DNA from: an uncultured Candidatus Poseidoniales archaeon
GTDB lineage: Archaea > Thermoplasmatota > Poseidoniia > Poseidoniales > CAYMED01
Reading direction: 5' to 3'
NCBI GenBank assembly: GCA_964389655.1
Contig: CAYMED010000002.1
Location: 64,001 to 128,000 of the forward strand
DNA: 64,000 bases
The notes beneath the pieces are model-generated. The model was not told the origin of the DNA, searched no databases, and saw only the letters and a list, made by a program, of their open reading frames with translations. Positions 29,001 through 37,689 of the stretch are shown here, piece after piece (the stretch's first letter is position 1; the number at the start of each line of letters is the position of its first letter). The translations under genes were made by a program, and so were the position numbers.

Positions 29001-30375
29001 AAACTCCTTGCTGCCTGATACCGATGGTGATGGAGTCTGTGATGGTCCCGTCAATGTGACCATTCGCGATGCGGATTTCTGTACAGGGGGTCCAGATGCC
29101 TTTCCATTAGATGCAAATGAGTGGTTGGATACTGACGATGATGGAATTGGCAACAATGCAGATGCTGATGATGATAATGATGGTCTGAGTGATGAGAATG
29201 AAAGCATCTTTGGATCCGACCCCCAAATGTCGGATACCGATGGTGATGGGGTGTGTGATGGTTTGATCAATGTCTCCTCTAACGGCCAGTTAGAATGCAC
29301 TGGTGGTCCAGATGCTTTCCCCTCAGATGCAAATGAGTGGTTAGATGCTGACGGTGATGGAATCGGCAACAATGCAGATGCTGATGATGATAATGATGGT
29401 GCAGCAGACGATATAGAAGTGAAATGCAAGACCGACCCATTTGATAAAGAATCGATTCCAATAATCGATGATGTTGGAAACTGTGTAGGGGAGGGAGATG
29501 AAGTAGCAAGTGATGGGGGGGAGGTGGCAGCAAACGATGGCTTCACTTTTATGTGGTGTTTCCTAATTTTCCTTGTTCTCATTCTCTTGTTGGTGCTACT
29601 AATATTTACTCGTGACAGAACTATAACATTGATGATTATGGGTCCTGAGCCCGAAAATACCACAGCGGAACCCGATTTCTTGTCGGGTTTTGGAACACAA
29701 GACGATCCGTTCGTTCTTTCTCCATTGATGGATGTAAAAGCAGGCAGCAAGGCTAGCGCCAAAGAGGTCATCAGAATCACTAATTTGGGTGATATTGACG
29801 TGCACTTGACAGATCTCAATCAAGCGAATAACGGCACTAGATTCTCTATTTATGAGGCCAAATCAAAGAAAAGAAGCACTCGAGTAGTCAAGGTTGGAGG
29901 TGATGGAGAAATCAACATTCACATCCAGTTCGATGATGCCGAAGACCCAACGTATGGCGGTGGGGAATACAAAGGCTTACTCAAACTAGGCCACGATTCG
30001 GTTTACATCTATTGCAGTGTTACTGTGAAACCAGACGCGAAAAAACTTAGAAAAGCCAAGAACGAGAATGCCACCAACTCCTCTAAGGAAGGGAAAAAGA
30101 AAGAGGCGCTTGAACGTGTCAAGAAAAGAGCATCAGACATTGATTTCAAGGCCTTAGGGACTGCAAAGGCTTCAGACAAAGATGACCTGCAAGAAATCAG
30201 AGGAATCGGCCCATTCATTGAAGAGAAACTCAATGCCTTGGGTATCTACACCTTCAAACAGATTTCAAAGATGGATTCCAAAACCGAAGATCAAGTCAAC
30301 GAGGCGATCGAATTTTTCCCTGGAAGGGTGAAGAGGGACCAATGGGTTGTTCAAGCCAAGATGCTTCTTGATTAG
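26077..30375 (+). CDS. Surface protein: ELWxxDGT-like beta-propeller, Gly/Ser linker, putative Ig (He_PIG) repeats, TSP3 repeats, TM, C-terminal helix-hairpin-helix domain
   Basis: Eight GxELW-type repeats; four ISPxLPxGL..GxIxGxPT Ig units; DTDGDG repeats; TM FMWCFLIFLVLILLLVLLIF; DDLQEIRGIGPFIEEKLNALGIYTFKQI HhH. Confidence 0.88.
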   Translation: MACKSSMKAAMCSVMILVLSQTYFIQNQIPQPSVLDEFTRNSGSGNVFTGNGTQWRTAGSSSFDMGAAPTFYPLSNESFLFEHREESGKCVKRYHHSNISTSNVSVDSDFYCGAIGSGLHFGPIIDSIVYLSANSIEHGTELFAYDLSNDSLYMVDNINTEDNGFGTEYGSLPYHFAAIDSTLYFKAEGSSSTGMELWAFETTNSTSWMVADIKPGAGDSTPKNLLPIGTSILFTADDGTNGHELWVHETTNDSTWRVTDMNPNGASLSSYGGLRPYDSAVLGSRLMFWADDDGATGRELWAYETTNSTHWQVADINSGSGDSKSGQALITRDGSRMYFAADDGINGEELWAYEATNDSTWLLADICSPSCSSEPNQIAVVGGQLIFAAEAATEGRELYIYNFSNNTAWMRANLYQFTSTIADSNPDIIAVTGTQLLIVAKERKFVSTGSYAGTSLFVYETANDTIWWNDNLGLVSAGQSSAKTYGGTLNMGSEVIFSLGCTSSAAVNCPEGMSGRQLWVYTPSNVTIPDDFTPSGGDANNWEPPTGGFEGVWVGGGSGGSGGSGGGSGGGSGDGATIIPASNSLVLTNGTAMNPLTYRWANDGPVADAICEISPALPAGLTLAQGTCTIGGTPTVVQEATTYTLWVNGSGLSDSAEINITIEERIFHPPVITPSTTEAVLMRTVEMIPITFSNSGGAVVDWEVDPALPNGLSMAFDGTISGTPTTVQDAAAYTIRANNSDGANSTIVTITVGEYVPDPPQIDYDESSLSLTQYIQMTTQTPSNSGGEVVDWTISPELSPGLIFDNTTGSISGIPTTNESAIIYTIWANNTGGSSSDTLQITIEEPPEGLIASNSDVLLVRGVEMTQILFTYSGGDVTTWEISPELPSGLFFDAANNSIIGTATGSTNAVVFTIWANGTGFSENLNITIEILEDTDGDGLPDDLGNHVDSEFEEDLDDDNDGIADVAEGASVPETNSLLPDTDGDGVCDGPVNVTIRDADFCTGGPDAFPLDANEWLDTDDDGIGNNADADDDNDGLSDENESIFGSDPQMSDTDGDGVCDGLINVSSNGQLECTGGPDAFPSDANEWLDADGDGIGNNADADDDNDGAADDIEVKCKTDPFDKESIPIIDDVGNCVGEGDEVASDGGEVAANDGFTFMWCFLIFLVLILLLVLLIFTRDRTITLMIMGPEPENTTAEPDFLSGFGTQDDPFVLSPLMDVKAGSKASAKEVIRITNLGDIDVHLTDLNQANNGTRFSIYEAKSKKRSTRVVKVGGDGEINIHIQFDDAEDPTYGGGEYKGLLKLGHDSVYIYCSVTVKPDAKKLRKAKNENATNSSKEGKKKEALERVKKRASDIDFKALGTAKASDKDDLQEIRGIGPFIEEKLNALGIYTFKQISKMDSKTEDQVNEAIEFFPGRVKRDQWVVQAKMLLD
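27736..27800 (+). repeat. Gly/Ser low-complexity linker (GGGSGGSGGSGGGSGGGSG)
   Basis: GGN-rich microrepeats in the coding sequence. Confidence 0.8.
29017..29400 (+). repeat. Imperfect intragenic duplication, 216-nt period (29017-29184 and 29233-29400)
   Basis: Both copies encode DTDGDGVCDG...CTGGPDAFPxDANEWLDxDxDGIGNNADADDDNDG with high nucleotide similarity. Confidence 0.85.
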
Positions 30376-30523
30376 GCTACTAAATGCGACATTTCTATAA
30401 AATTATGCGTTTTAATAGCCTTCAAGCTGATGAAATTTCATGGAAAACCCCCTGAAATGAGCATTATTCAAATGGCGCGGGGACCCGAAGCCCCCATAGG
30501 GGAGCGGTGCGCGTGCATCACTT

Positions 30524-33175
30524 ATGCGCCGGCAGCGGCTAGTCCCTACATTGCTGGTGCTGGTGCTAATCGCACCCACTGTATTTGCAGCAACAAGTGG
30601 TCGAGATCCTTTTGCAGTTGAAGTATACCCTGCCGGTGCCTCGGAGAAGGTAGTCGACCCTGGTGAGACTGCTGAATATACCATTACTGTGGAGAATACA
30701 GGTGATCAAACCACAACCGTCTCCTTGACAACTTCAAATGATCAGGGCCCAAATGTCTGTTCAAGTACAATTGAACCATTACCTGGCCCTCTTGAATCTG
30801 GGGCTTCAGATGACGTTACATTATCGGTAAACATCTCTGCTACAGCCGAAAAAGACGCCACTTGTGTAACAACAGTAACGGCAACAGTAACTGGAGCCCA
30901 GCCCGCTCAAACAGAAGTAACAACCACTGTTGGGGATGGTGATGCGACCCCCCCGTCCGCTCTTGGTGTGGAAGTTACCGCACAAATTGATGAGAAACAA
31001 TACCAGGGTACAAGCCCTGTTAAGTATACATTTGAAATTAAAAATACAGGACAAGTGAATGAGAACATCAGTTTATCCTTTGAGGATATTGCTTCGGAAA
31101 ATCCAGACCGCTGTGATAGTTCTGGCCTTGGTGCCACACTTTCAGAAACATTGGTTGCAGTTGAACGTGATAAAACCGAGACAGTAACTCTAGATGTCGA
31201 CATTCCAGAAGGGAGTGATGCTGGAAGGCACTGTTTCGAAGTTACTGGCTCAGTTACGGGAGACGTTACCAATAATGCAACAGATTCTGATGACGTGACT
31301 CTTATTATCCCCCCAATTCATGATTGTGAAGTCTCAATCAATCCTTCCTCAATTGAGATCAAACCAGGTGAATCAAAGTCGGCATCAGTACAGATTCAAA
31401 ATCGAGGAAATGAGGATTGGACCGTTTCCCTAACGGGTACGCCCACTTCCCATTTTTCTCTAGCCGCAGGTGAAGATGGGTCTAAGAAAATCTCTCGAGA
31501 TGGTTCTGTATCGTTTAATATTGAACTAACAGTTCCAGAAGATACCAATGCAGATGCTGGGGCAAAAGAGACGGTAAGAATTCAAGGAAAGGACGGCAAG
31601 CAATTGATTTGCGATGTTACTGCCCAGATTACCGTTGGGCGATTGAGATCTGCTACGATTTCAGCATCGAGTAGCGTGTTGAGGGGCGCCACGCCTGGTG
31701 AGATCGCAGAACTCGAATTGACGGTAAGAAATACTGGAAATGGTGGTGATACATTCAACTTGGCAGTTCAGCACTCTAATTCACGTCCAGCGGGTTGGGG
31801 TGACCCAAATATTTCAACAGATAAAGTCACTCTTTCAGCTAAAATGACTGGAACGGTTAGTATTTCAATTGATGTTCCATCCAATGCTCTAGGTTTAGAA
31901 AGCGTGCTTTTGAGAGCAACAATCTCATCAATAGATGGAACACTTTTCTCAGAAGTTACTGTTTCAATTGAAGTTAAAGAAGTATTGGATTTATCCATAA
32001 AACCAAGTTATGAGGGTGCAGAAAAACAAATTGGTCGAACCGATACCGAAGCGCGCTTCCCAATTATTATTCAAAACGATGGAAATGTCGAAGACACATT
32101 TTCTCTTGCAGTCTCGGATAGAGGAGGGGAAGATCGCTGGGCGACTCGATTTTCTGATGAGAATGGGGGCAGTATTGAAGGTGATAAAGTCACACTTTCT
32201 CCTTTTTCAGAATCAACCATTTATGCACTTGTAACCATCGAGGGAAAGAGCCGCGGGGAAGAACAAACAATTGAGGTGCGCATACAAAGTGAGCGAAGCA
32301 TCAATTCAGTTGCTCTGATGGAGATCACTGCGAAAGTCGATAACTCAAATTATGGGATGGGCATTGTTCTTGTAGGGCATAGTGGGGATGCTACAAGAGA
32401 GAGCCTTACTCTTTCACCGGGCGGAAACTCAACCCAATTTCTCCTTCTAACAAATATCGGTGACCGAGATGATACTGCCCGCATTGACGTCGTCGGCGAG
32501 GACTCAATGGTTCGGGTCAAAATAATGGATGAAAATGGAACTGAACTCAGTATTAGTAATGCTTCTATGAAAATCACCATGGGCGAATCCGAGTCCCTAT
32601 CAATACGAATTGATGTAGATGTGGATGCTCCATCGGGGACCATGCGCCTCATAAAAATCAGAACATGGTCCACGAAGAATAGTGGGGATATTGCAGAAGT
32701 TCATTTCCCAGTTGAAGTTCGCATCATCCAAGATCTTGTATTTTCATCCAATGCTTCACTCGAGCGTGTGGTCTCTCCAAACGGCAAAGCTGAATTCGTG
32801 TTTTCTATTGAGAATCGAGGAAACATGGACGAGCAAATTCGCTTATCTGTTACTGATCCTGTTAGGGGGTGGAGCCTACTCGTTTATGATCAAGAATTCA
32901 ACTTAATCGATGAAGAAGCTCTTATCGATATCAAAGCTGGAGGGGCCCGAACATTCACGGCACGCGCGAGTCCCCCTGTTTCAGCGTCTGTCGAAGAAAC
33001 ACTTGACTTTACGGTCTCCCTTCACAAGGCAGATTCATCAAAAATAGGTTCGCAGCACCTTGAGTTCTCCGCCACATTCCGTCCCTTAGATGAGGGTTTA
33101 CCGGGTTTTTCGTTGTTTTTAGCCATCAATTCAATCATATTTTCAGCCATCCTAATCGATCGAAAACGCCACTAA
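30524..33175 (+). CDS. Cell-surface protein of tandem NEW3/CARDB-like Ig domains with PGF-CTERM archaeosortase signal
   Basis: Signal peptide; about 7 repeats of I/VxNxGNxxD; C-terminal LPGF + hydrophobic segment + DRKRH. Confidence 0.85.
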   Translation: MRRQRLVPTLLVLVLIAPTVFAATSGRDPFAVEVYPAGASEKVVDPGETAEYTITVENTGDQTTTVSLTTSNDQGPNVCSSTIEPLPGPLESGASDDVTLSVNISATAEKDATCVTTVTATVTGAQPAQTEVTTTVGDGDATPPSALGVEVTAQIDEKQYQGTSPVKYTFEIKNTGQVNENISLSFEDIASENPDRCDSSGLGATLSETLVAVERDKTETVTLDVDIPEGSDAGRHCFEVTGSVTGDVTNNATDSDDVTLIIPPIHDCEVSINPSSIEIKPGESKSASVQIQNRGNEDWTVSLTGTPTSHFSLAAGEDGSKKISRDGSVSFNIELTVPEDTNADAGAKETVRIQGKDGKQLICDVTAQITVGRLRSATISASSSVLRGATPGEIAELELTVRNTGNGGDTFNLAVQHSNSRPAGWGDPNISTDKVTLSAKMTGTVSISIDVPSNALGLESVLLRATISSIDGTLFSEVTVSIEVKEVLDLSIKPSYEGAEKQIGRTDTEARFPIIIQNDGNVEDTFSLAVSDRGGEDRWATRFSDENGGSIEGDKVTLSPFSESTIYALVTIEGKSRGEEQTIEVRIQSERSINSVALMEITAKVDNSNYGMGIVLVGHSGDATRESLTLSPGGNSTQFLLLTNIGDRDDTARIDVVGEDSMVRVKIMDENGTELSISNASMKITMGESESLSIRIDVDVDAPSGTMRLIKIRTWSTKNSGDIAEVHFPVEVRIIQDLVFSSNASLERVVSPNGKAEFVFSIENRGNMDEQIRLSVTDPVRGWSLLVYDQEFNLIDEEALIDIKAGGARTFTARASPPVSASVEETLDFTVSLHKADSSKIGSQHLEFSATFRPLDEGLPGFSLFLAINSIIFSAILIDRKRH

Positions 33176-33183
33176 ATCAGTGC

Positions 33184-33201
33184 AAAAAAGTGTATAACAC
33201 T
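33184..33201 (+). promoter_or_regulatory. Candidate BRE/TATA-like element with dyad AGTGT-ATA-ACACT upstream of the nuo operon
   Basis: AAAAAAGTGTATAACACT in the intergenic region before nuoA. Confidence 0.3.
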
Positions 33202-33281
33202 CTTGCCTCTTGAACGGCACGCTTATGGATGCCCTTCATCTCGATGAGATCACCCTGATAGAGAAGGCTTGGGTGGGTAAT

Positions 33282-33743
33282 ATGGCCGCTGAAATTAGTG
33301 TGGCTCAACAATACACGGGGCTTGGCCTCTTAATTTTCATTGGATTGGGTTTTCCTATCGCCGCATTTACTCTTTCTCGTTTCTTCCGTCCGATGCCCGA
33401 CCCAGACGACCCATCACGCACAAAATCGTATTTTATGGACGGTTACGAAGTAGACCATAGCAACTATCCTCGGCGACTTTCGACTTATGAATGTGGGTCT
33501 GACCCGATAGGCGATGCAATGATTCAATTCCACTTTCAATATTATTGGTATGCTCTGATATTCCTTGTTTTTGATATTGCATTTATGTTCTTGGCCTTTG
33601 GCGGCATTTCAACAGTACACAATAGCAAGATAGGTGCTCCGAAAGAAGCATTGGGCCCATTAGTGACCCTTTCTGTCTTCTTTTTTATTATGGTACTTGG
33701 AGTGTGGCATGTTTTCCGCAAGCGAGGCAGAATTTACATCTAA
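33282..33743 (+). CDS. nuoA: Complex I-like subunit A
   Basis: YECG, YYWYALIFLVFD, three TM; start ATG 33282 after GGGTGGGT (ORF track 33210). Confidence 0.92.
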   Translation: MAAEISVAQQYTGLGLLIFIGLGFPIAAFTLSRFFRPMPDPDDPSRTKSYFMDGYEVDHSNYPRRLSTYECGSDPIGDAMIQFHFQYYWYALIFLVFDIAFMFLAFGGISTVHNSKIGAPKEALGPLVTLSVFFFIMVLGVWHVFRKRGRIYI

Positions 33744-34345
33744 TGGGGCACGATACAATGGGACAAGAACCAAATTATACTGCTTTTAACAGTCGCTCAT
33801 TGGTCGATGTAGTCGGAAATATTACAGATGAAGCCCTCAAAGCGAGTCGGCTCAAGCAATTCATCGGCGTGCTAGGGGGCCGTTTGTTTAATTGGGGACA
33901 GCGAAAGTCGCTGATGCCCCTCCATCTTGGTATCAAATGCTGCGCCTTGGAGATGGCCGCTGCCGGTGGTTCTCGTTTCGATGCTGAGCGATTTGGTGTT
34001 GTATTTCGATCCAGTCCAAGGCAATCTGATGTTTTACTCGTAAATGGTCCGATTAGCCGTAAGTTTGCCGACCCCCTCGTCCGTTTATGGGAGCAAATGC
34101 CTGAACCGAAGTGGTGCATTGCTATGGGTGAATGCGCAATTAGTGGTGGCCCTTATTTCCAATCTTACAACATTCTTGAAGGAGTGGATACAATTGTCCC
34201 TGTTGATGTATACATTCCTGGCTGCCCCCCCCGGCCAGAGGCTCTCATTGATGGCTTTGGAAAACTCCGCCAAAAAATAATGAAAATAGGAACCCCCCCA
34301 AAAAAGGGGGATGAAAATTCAGCCATCACAATAGGGGGTGATTGA
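33743..34345 (+). CDS. nuoB: Complex I-like subunit B (N2 cluster)
   Basis: CCALEM, FDAERFG, SPRQSD, QMPEPKW, GEC, VDVYIPGCPPRPE; TAATG overlap start (ORF track 33704). Confidence 0.95.
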   Translation: MGHDTMGQEPNYTAFNSRSLVDVVGNITDEALKASRLKQFIGVLGGRLFNWGQRKSLMPLHLGIKCCALEMAAAGGSRFDAERFGVVFRSSPRQSDVLLVNGPISRKFADPLVRLWEQMPEPKWCIAMGECAISGGPYFQSYNILEGVDTIVPVDVYIPGCPPRPEALIDGFGKLRQKIMKIGTPPKKGDENSAITIGGD

Positions 34346-35014
34346 GTGGTGACTTGCGTTAGTTCCGAATCATCCGAATCAGCAGTACAAGCATTTGTGG
34401 ATGCTGCGAATAAAAGATTTGCAGGGACGGGGACCGAATCATTTCTCGAACATCACACGGGCGGGCACCATAAGCGACCATTTGCTCGACTTCACATACC
34501 CCCGCGCCATCTCCTCGCTGTTATGAAATGGATGAAATTTGATCAAAACATAGATCATTGCTCCATGATTACGGGAATACATTGGCCAGAGGGTGGCGAT
34601 AAAAAATGCTGGGAAGTTGTATATCATCTCCTCCGAACCCCAATCCGAAACCCTCCTCAAGTTACTAAGACTCATTGTGCTCCGATGAGGATTCAAATTG
34701 ATGCCTTAGCACCGGAACAAACCCCCCTTGAAATCGAAGTGGTTGTAATATTGCCCCCCGGTGATCCAAAAGTTGATTCAGTGCAACAATTATGGATAGG
34801 CGCTGATTGGAATGAGAAAGAGACTTGGGACTTGGTAGGGATTGAATTCCAAGGGCACAAGAATATGCATCGTGTCCTATTACCCAATGATTCTCCAAAA
34901 GGTTACCATCCACTGCAAAAACAGCATAAACTTCGGTATCACGAATTCAATGAGATGTATGACGATCCTCAGGGATTTGGACGGAAAACCATAGATGCAG
35001 ACCGGATAAAGTGA
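34346..35014 (+). CDS. nuoC: Complex I-like subunit C
   Basis: ADWNEKETWDLVGIEFQGH...HPLQK signature; position in the operon. Confidence 0.9.
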   Translation: MVTCVSSESSESAVQAFVDAANKRFAGTGTESFLEHHTGGHHKRPFARLHIPPRHLLAVMKWMKFDQNIDHCSMITGIHWPEGGDKKCWEVVYHLLRTPIRNPPQVTKTHCAPMRIQIDALAPEQTPLEIEVVVILPPGDPKVDSVQQLWIGADWNEKETWDLVGIEFQGHKNMHRVLLPNDSPKGYHPLQKQHKLRYHEFNEMYDDPQGFGRKTIDADRIK

Positions 35015-35025
35015 GGTGTTATACT

Positions 35026-36162
35026 ATGGCAGAAATGTGGATTACAATGGGGCCCCAACACCCCATGACACACGGGCTATGGACGTTGCGCGTCAAGGTG
35101 GATGGGGAAGTTGTAACTGACACTGAGCCCGAACTTGGTTATATCCACCGGGGTGTAGAAAAGATTTCGGAAAGTCGAGACTTCACACAAATCACACCCT
35201 ATTGTGATCGCTTGTGTTATGCTAGTGCCATGACGTGGGCGCAATCATACATTTATGCTGCTGAAGACCTTCTAGAAGTCGAAGTTCCCGAGCGAGCAGA
35301 ATATATTCGCCTTATTGCAGTTGAGATGCAGCGTATTGCAAGTCATTTGATGTGGCTGGGCGCCTATTGTCCCGATGTTGGGAATCTAACAGTATTCGTA
35401 TATTGTCTACGCGACCGCGAATTATTTCTTGATCTATTGCAAGAACTCGGTGGGAGCCGAATGCATTACAACTTTCCCCGAATTGGCGGTGTGAAGAGAG
35501 ACTTACCAATTGGATTCGCCCAACGGGCACGCGCTAAAATCAACATTTTCATTGACCGCATGAAAGAATATGAACAAATGCTCGATGAATCTACAATCTT
35601 TCTCGTCCGTACTCAAGATGTTGGTTACACAAAACCAGAAGAAATGATTCAATGGGGAGTAACAGGCCCTAACATCCGCGCTGGTGGTGTGGATTATGAC
35701 ATTAGAACCGCCCATCCATACAGTGTTTATGATGAACTTGACTGGGAACCCGCCGTTGAATCACCTTCGATCAAAGGTGCGGATTGTTATGACCGCTATC
35801 GCGTCCGAATGGAGGAAATGAGGCAATCCTGTGCGATGATCCTCGAAGCCCTTGATCGGTTACCAGGGGGTACCGACACCCACCACGAACCCTATGATCC
35901 AATGATTCTCTCAAAAGCTCCATCTCGAGCACCCGAAGGCTCTTCTGGGTTCCACCGATTTGAAGACAGTAGAGGAGAATCTCTATTTCACATTGTAGGC
36001 GGTGGAGAAGGGAGAGGGAAGATGCCATATCGCATGTCTATCCGCTCTCCAATGTTTATCACAATTCCATATGTGGCCAAAGTCATGATTGGTCACAAAG
36101 TTGCAGATATACCAGCTATCATGGGCTCATTTGACCCATGCATTGGGGAGACTGACCGGTAG
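35026..36162 (+). CDS. nuoD: Complex I-like subunit D (FpoD-like)
   Basis: MGPQHPMTHG, GYIHRGVEK, DRLCY, RIASHL, RIGGV, C-terminal DPCIGETDR; ATG 35026 after GAGGTG (ORF track 35011). Confidence 0.95.
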   Translation: MAEMWITMGPQHPMTHGLWTLRVKVDGEVVTDTEPELGYIHRGVEKISESRDFTQITPYCDRLCYASAMTWAQSYIYAAEDLLEVEVPERAEYIRLIAVEMQRIASHLMWLGAYCPDVGNLTVFVYCLRDRELFLDLLQELGGSRMHYNFPRIGGVKRDLPIGFAQRARAKINIFIDRMKEYEQMLDESTIFLVRTQDVGYTKPEEMIQWGVTGPNIRAGGVDYDIRTAHPYSVYDELDWEPAVESPSIKGADCYDRYRVRMEEMRQSCAMILEALDRLPGGTDTHHEPYDPMILSKAPSRAPEGSSGFHRFEDSRGESLFHIVGGGEGRGKMPYRMSIRSPMFITIPYVAKVMIGHKVADIPAIMGSFDPCIGETDR

Positions 36163-36171
36163 GGTGAAATC

Positions 36172-37689
36172 ATGGCAAGAGACGCTCGTGGAATTGAACT
36201 TGATTGGCTCAACCTTCGTTCACTTGTGGATTCATCAATGACCTTTGTCGCAGAGAACAGCATTGGAATGACACGCTTTCATTCATCGACAGTTGCAGTT
36301 GCCAATATCCTCAGAGAAGCAACGATGGCTTCGATTGTTTTTGGATTGATTATGGGCACCCTTCTCGCTCTTCTTTGGATTGAGCGCAAATTATTGGGTC
36401 GCCTGATGGATCGCCGCGGTGCAATGACCAGTTTGCGAAGTTTATGGGCTGGAGAGGGTGGTGTTGATGCTGGTGAATGGTGGCATAAAGTCCCTTATGG
36501 CCTTGGAAAACCAATTGGGTGGGGGATTCGCACACTTCAGAGAATTCATGGAAATAGGGCAGCATTGGAGACAGTTGATCGTGTGAATGATCGTTCATAC
36601 TTGGGCTGGCCAATATTCCCGGGCCTTTTCCAAAATGCAGCGGACGGGGCTAAATTGTTACAGAAAGAGTGGATGATTCCCGAAAAAGCCGATCGTATGA
36701 TGTTTGAAGTTGCTCCTTTCATAATCATTAGTTCAACGGTGATGATTCTTGGCATGCTTCCCCTAGGGCCTGCAATTTATGGGCCCGACCCAGATTACGG
36801 TGTTTTGATGGCAATGGCCATTTTCGGCGTGGCCCCACTAGGCGTTTTCTTTGCAGGATGGGCATCCAATAACAAATATACACTCATTGGTGGGATTCGT
36901 AGTGCCGCCCAATTAACAGCCTATGAGATCCCTCTTCTTCTTGTTGTGTTATCCGTGTGTGTACTCGCAGGGACATTCAATTTCCGAGAGATTGTTCAGG
37001 CACAAATTGATGCACACACGTGGAACCTTTTCTTGATGCCCCTTGGCTTTTTATTGTTCATCGTAGCCATGGTTGCAGAAGTAGAACGAATTCCATTTGA
37101 CATGCCTGAAGCAGAGGCGGAATTAGTTGAAGGATGGTGGACGGAATATGGTGGCATGCGCTGGGGCCTGATGTTTGCAGCAGAATATCTGCGCGTTTAT
37201 GCCGCTTGTATCCTTGCAACCATTTTCTTCCTAGGTGGCTGGCAAGCTCCGTTTGGAGCTGCTTTTGCAGCAATACCGGGCATCGGTAATGGGATTAATA
37301 GTGCACTTTACCTCATTCCAGGTGTTGTTTGGGTCTTACTCAAATCGTGGGCTGTTTTTTGCATATTCGTATGGATTCGTGCCGCCCTCCCTAGAGTAAG
37401 AACGGATCAAATTCTTGAATTTGGGTGGAGGTGGCTATTGCCAATCAGTTTCGTTAATTTGGTCATTTCGATAACTTTGCGCTTAGTGGCGACTTCATCA
37501 TCAGGGTGGTTCGGTTGGGACATTCTTTGGGCAATTCCATTGAGTGTCGGACCACTACTTATTCTCATATTGTATACGTTTGATGAGGGTGAAGATTTGA
37601 AGCGCCCTGAGCCGATTACTGTAAGCGATGTATCTGAAAAAGGAATTCAAATTGCTGCACGAAATGCCAACTCCAAAGGAGGGCAATGA
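36172..37689 (+). CDS. nuoH: Complex I-like subunit H
   Basis: ERKLLG, Q..ADGAKLLQKE, GWASNNKY, RSAAQ..YE, RIPFDMPEAEAELVEG, PRVRTDQ. Confidence 0.95.
   Translation: MARDARGIELDWLNLRSLVDSSMTFVAENSIGMTRFHSSTVAVANILREATMASIVFGLIMGTLLALLWIERKLLGRLMDRRGAMTSLRSLWAGEGGVDAGEWWHKVPYGLGKPIGWGIRTLQRIHGNRAALETVDRVNDRSYLGWPIFPGLFQNAADGAKLLQKEWMIPEKADRMMFEVAPFIIISSTVMILGMLPLGPAIYGPDPDYGVLMAMAIFGVAPLGVFFAGWASNNKYTLIGGIRSAAQLTAYEIPLLLVVLSVCVLAGTFNFREIVQAQIDAHTWNLFLMPLGFLLFIVAMVAEVERIPFDMPEAEAELVEGWWTEYGGMRWGLMFAAEYLRVYAACILATIFFLGGWQAPFGAAFAAIPGIGNGINSALYLIPGVVWVLLKSWAVFCIFVWIRAALPRVRTDQILEFGWRWLLPISFVNLVISITLRLVATSSSGWFGWDILWAIPLSVGPLLILILYTFDEGEDLKRPEPITVSDVSEKGIQIAARNANSKGGQ

Noticed and set aside
28545-29819. 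Long antisense Ser/Pro-rich ORFs (also 8965-9504, 59410-60180, 6415-7098)
   Set aside because: Shadows of GAT/GGT-rich or ordinary sense genes; no independent motifs
35026-36162. [NiFe]-hydrogenase large subunit
   Set aside because: Both CxxC motifs are incomplete; NuoB has the tandem CC of complex I; no maturation genes
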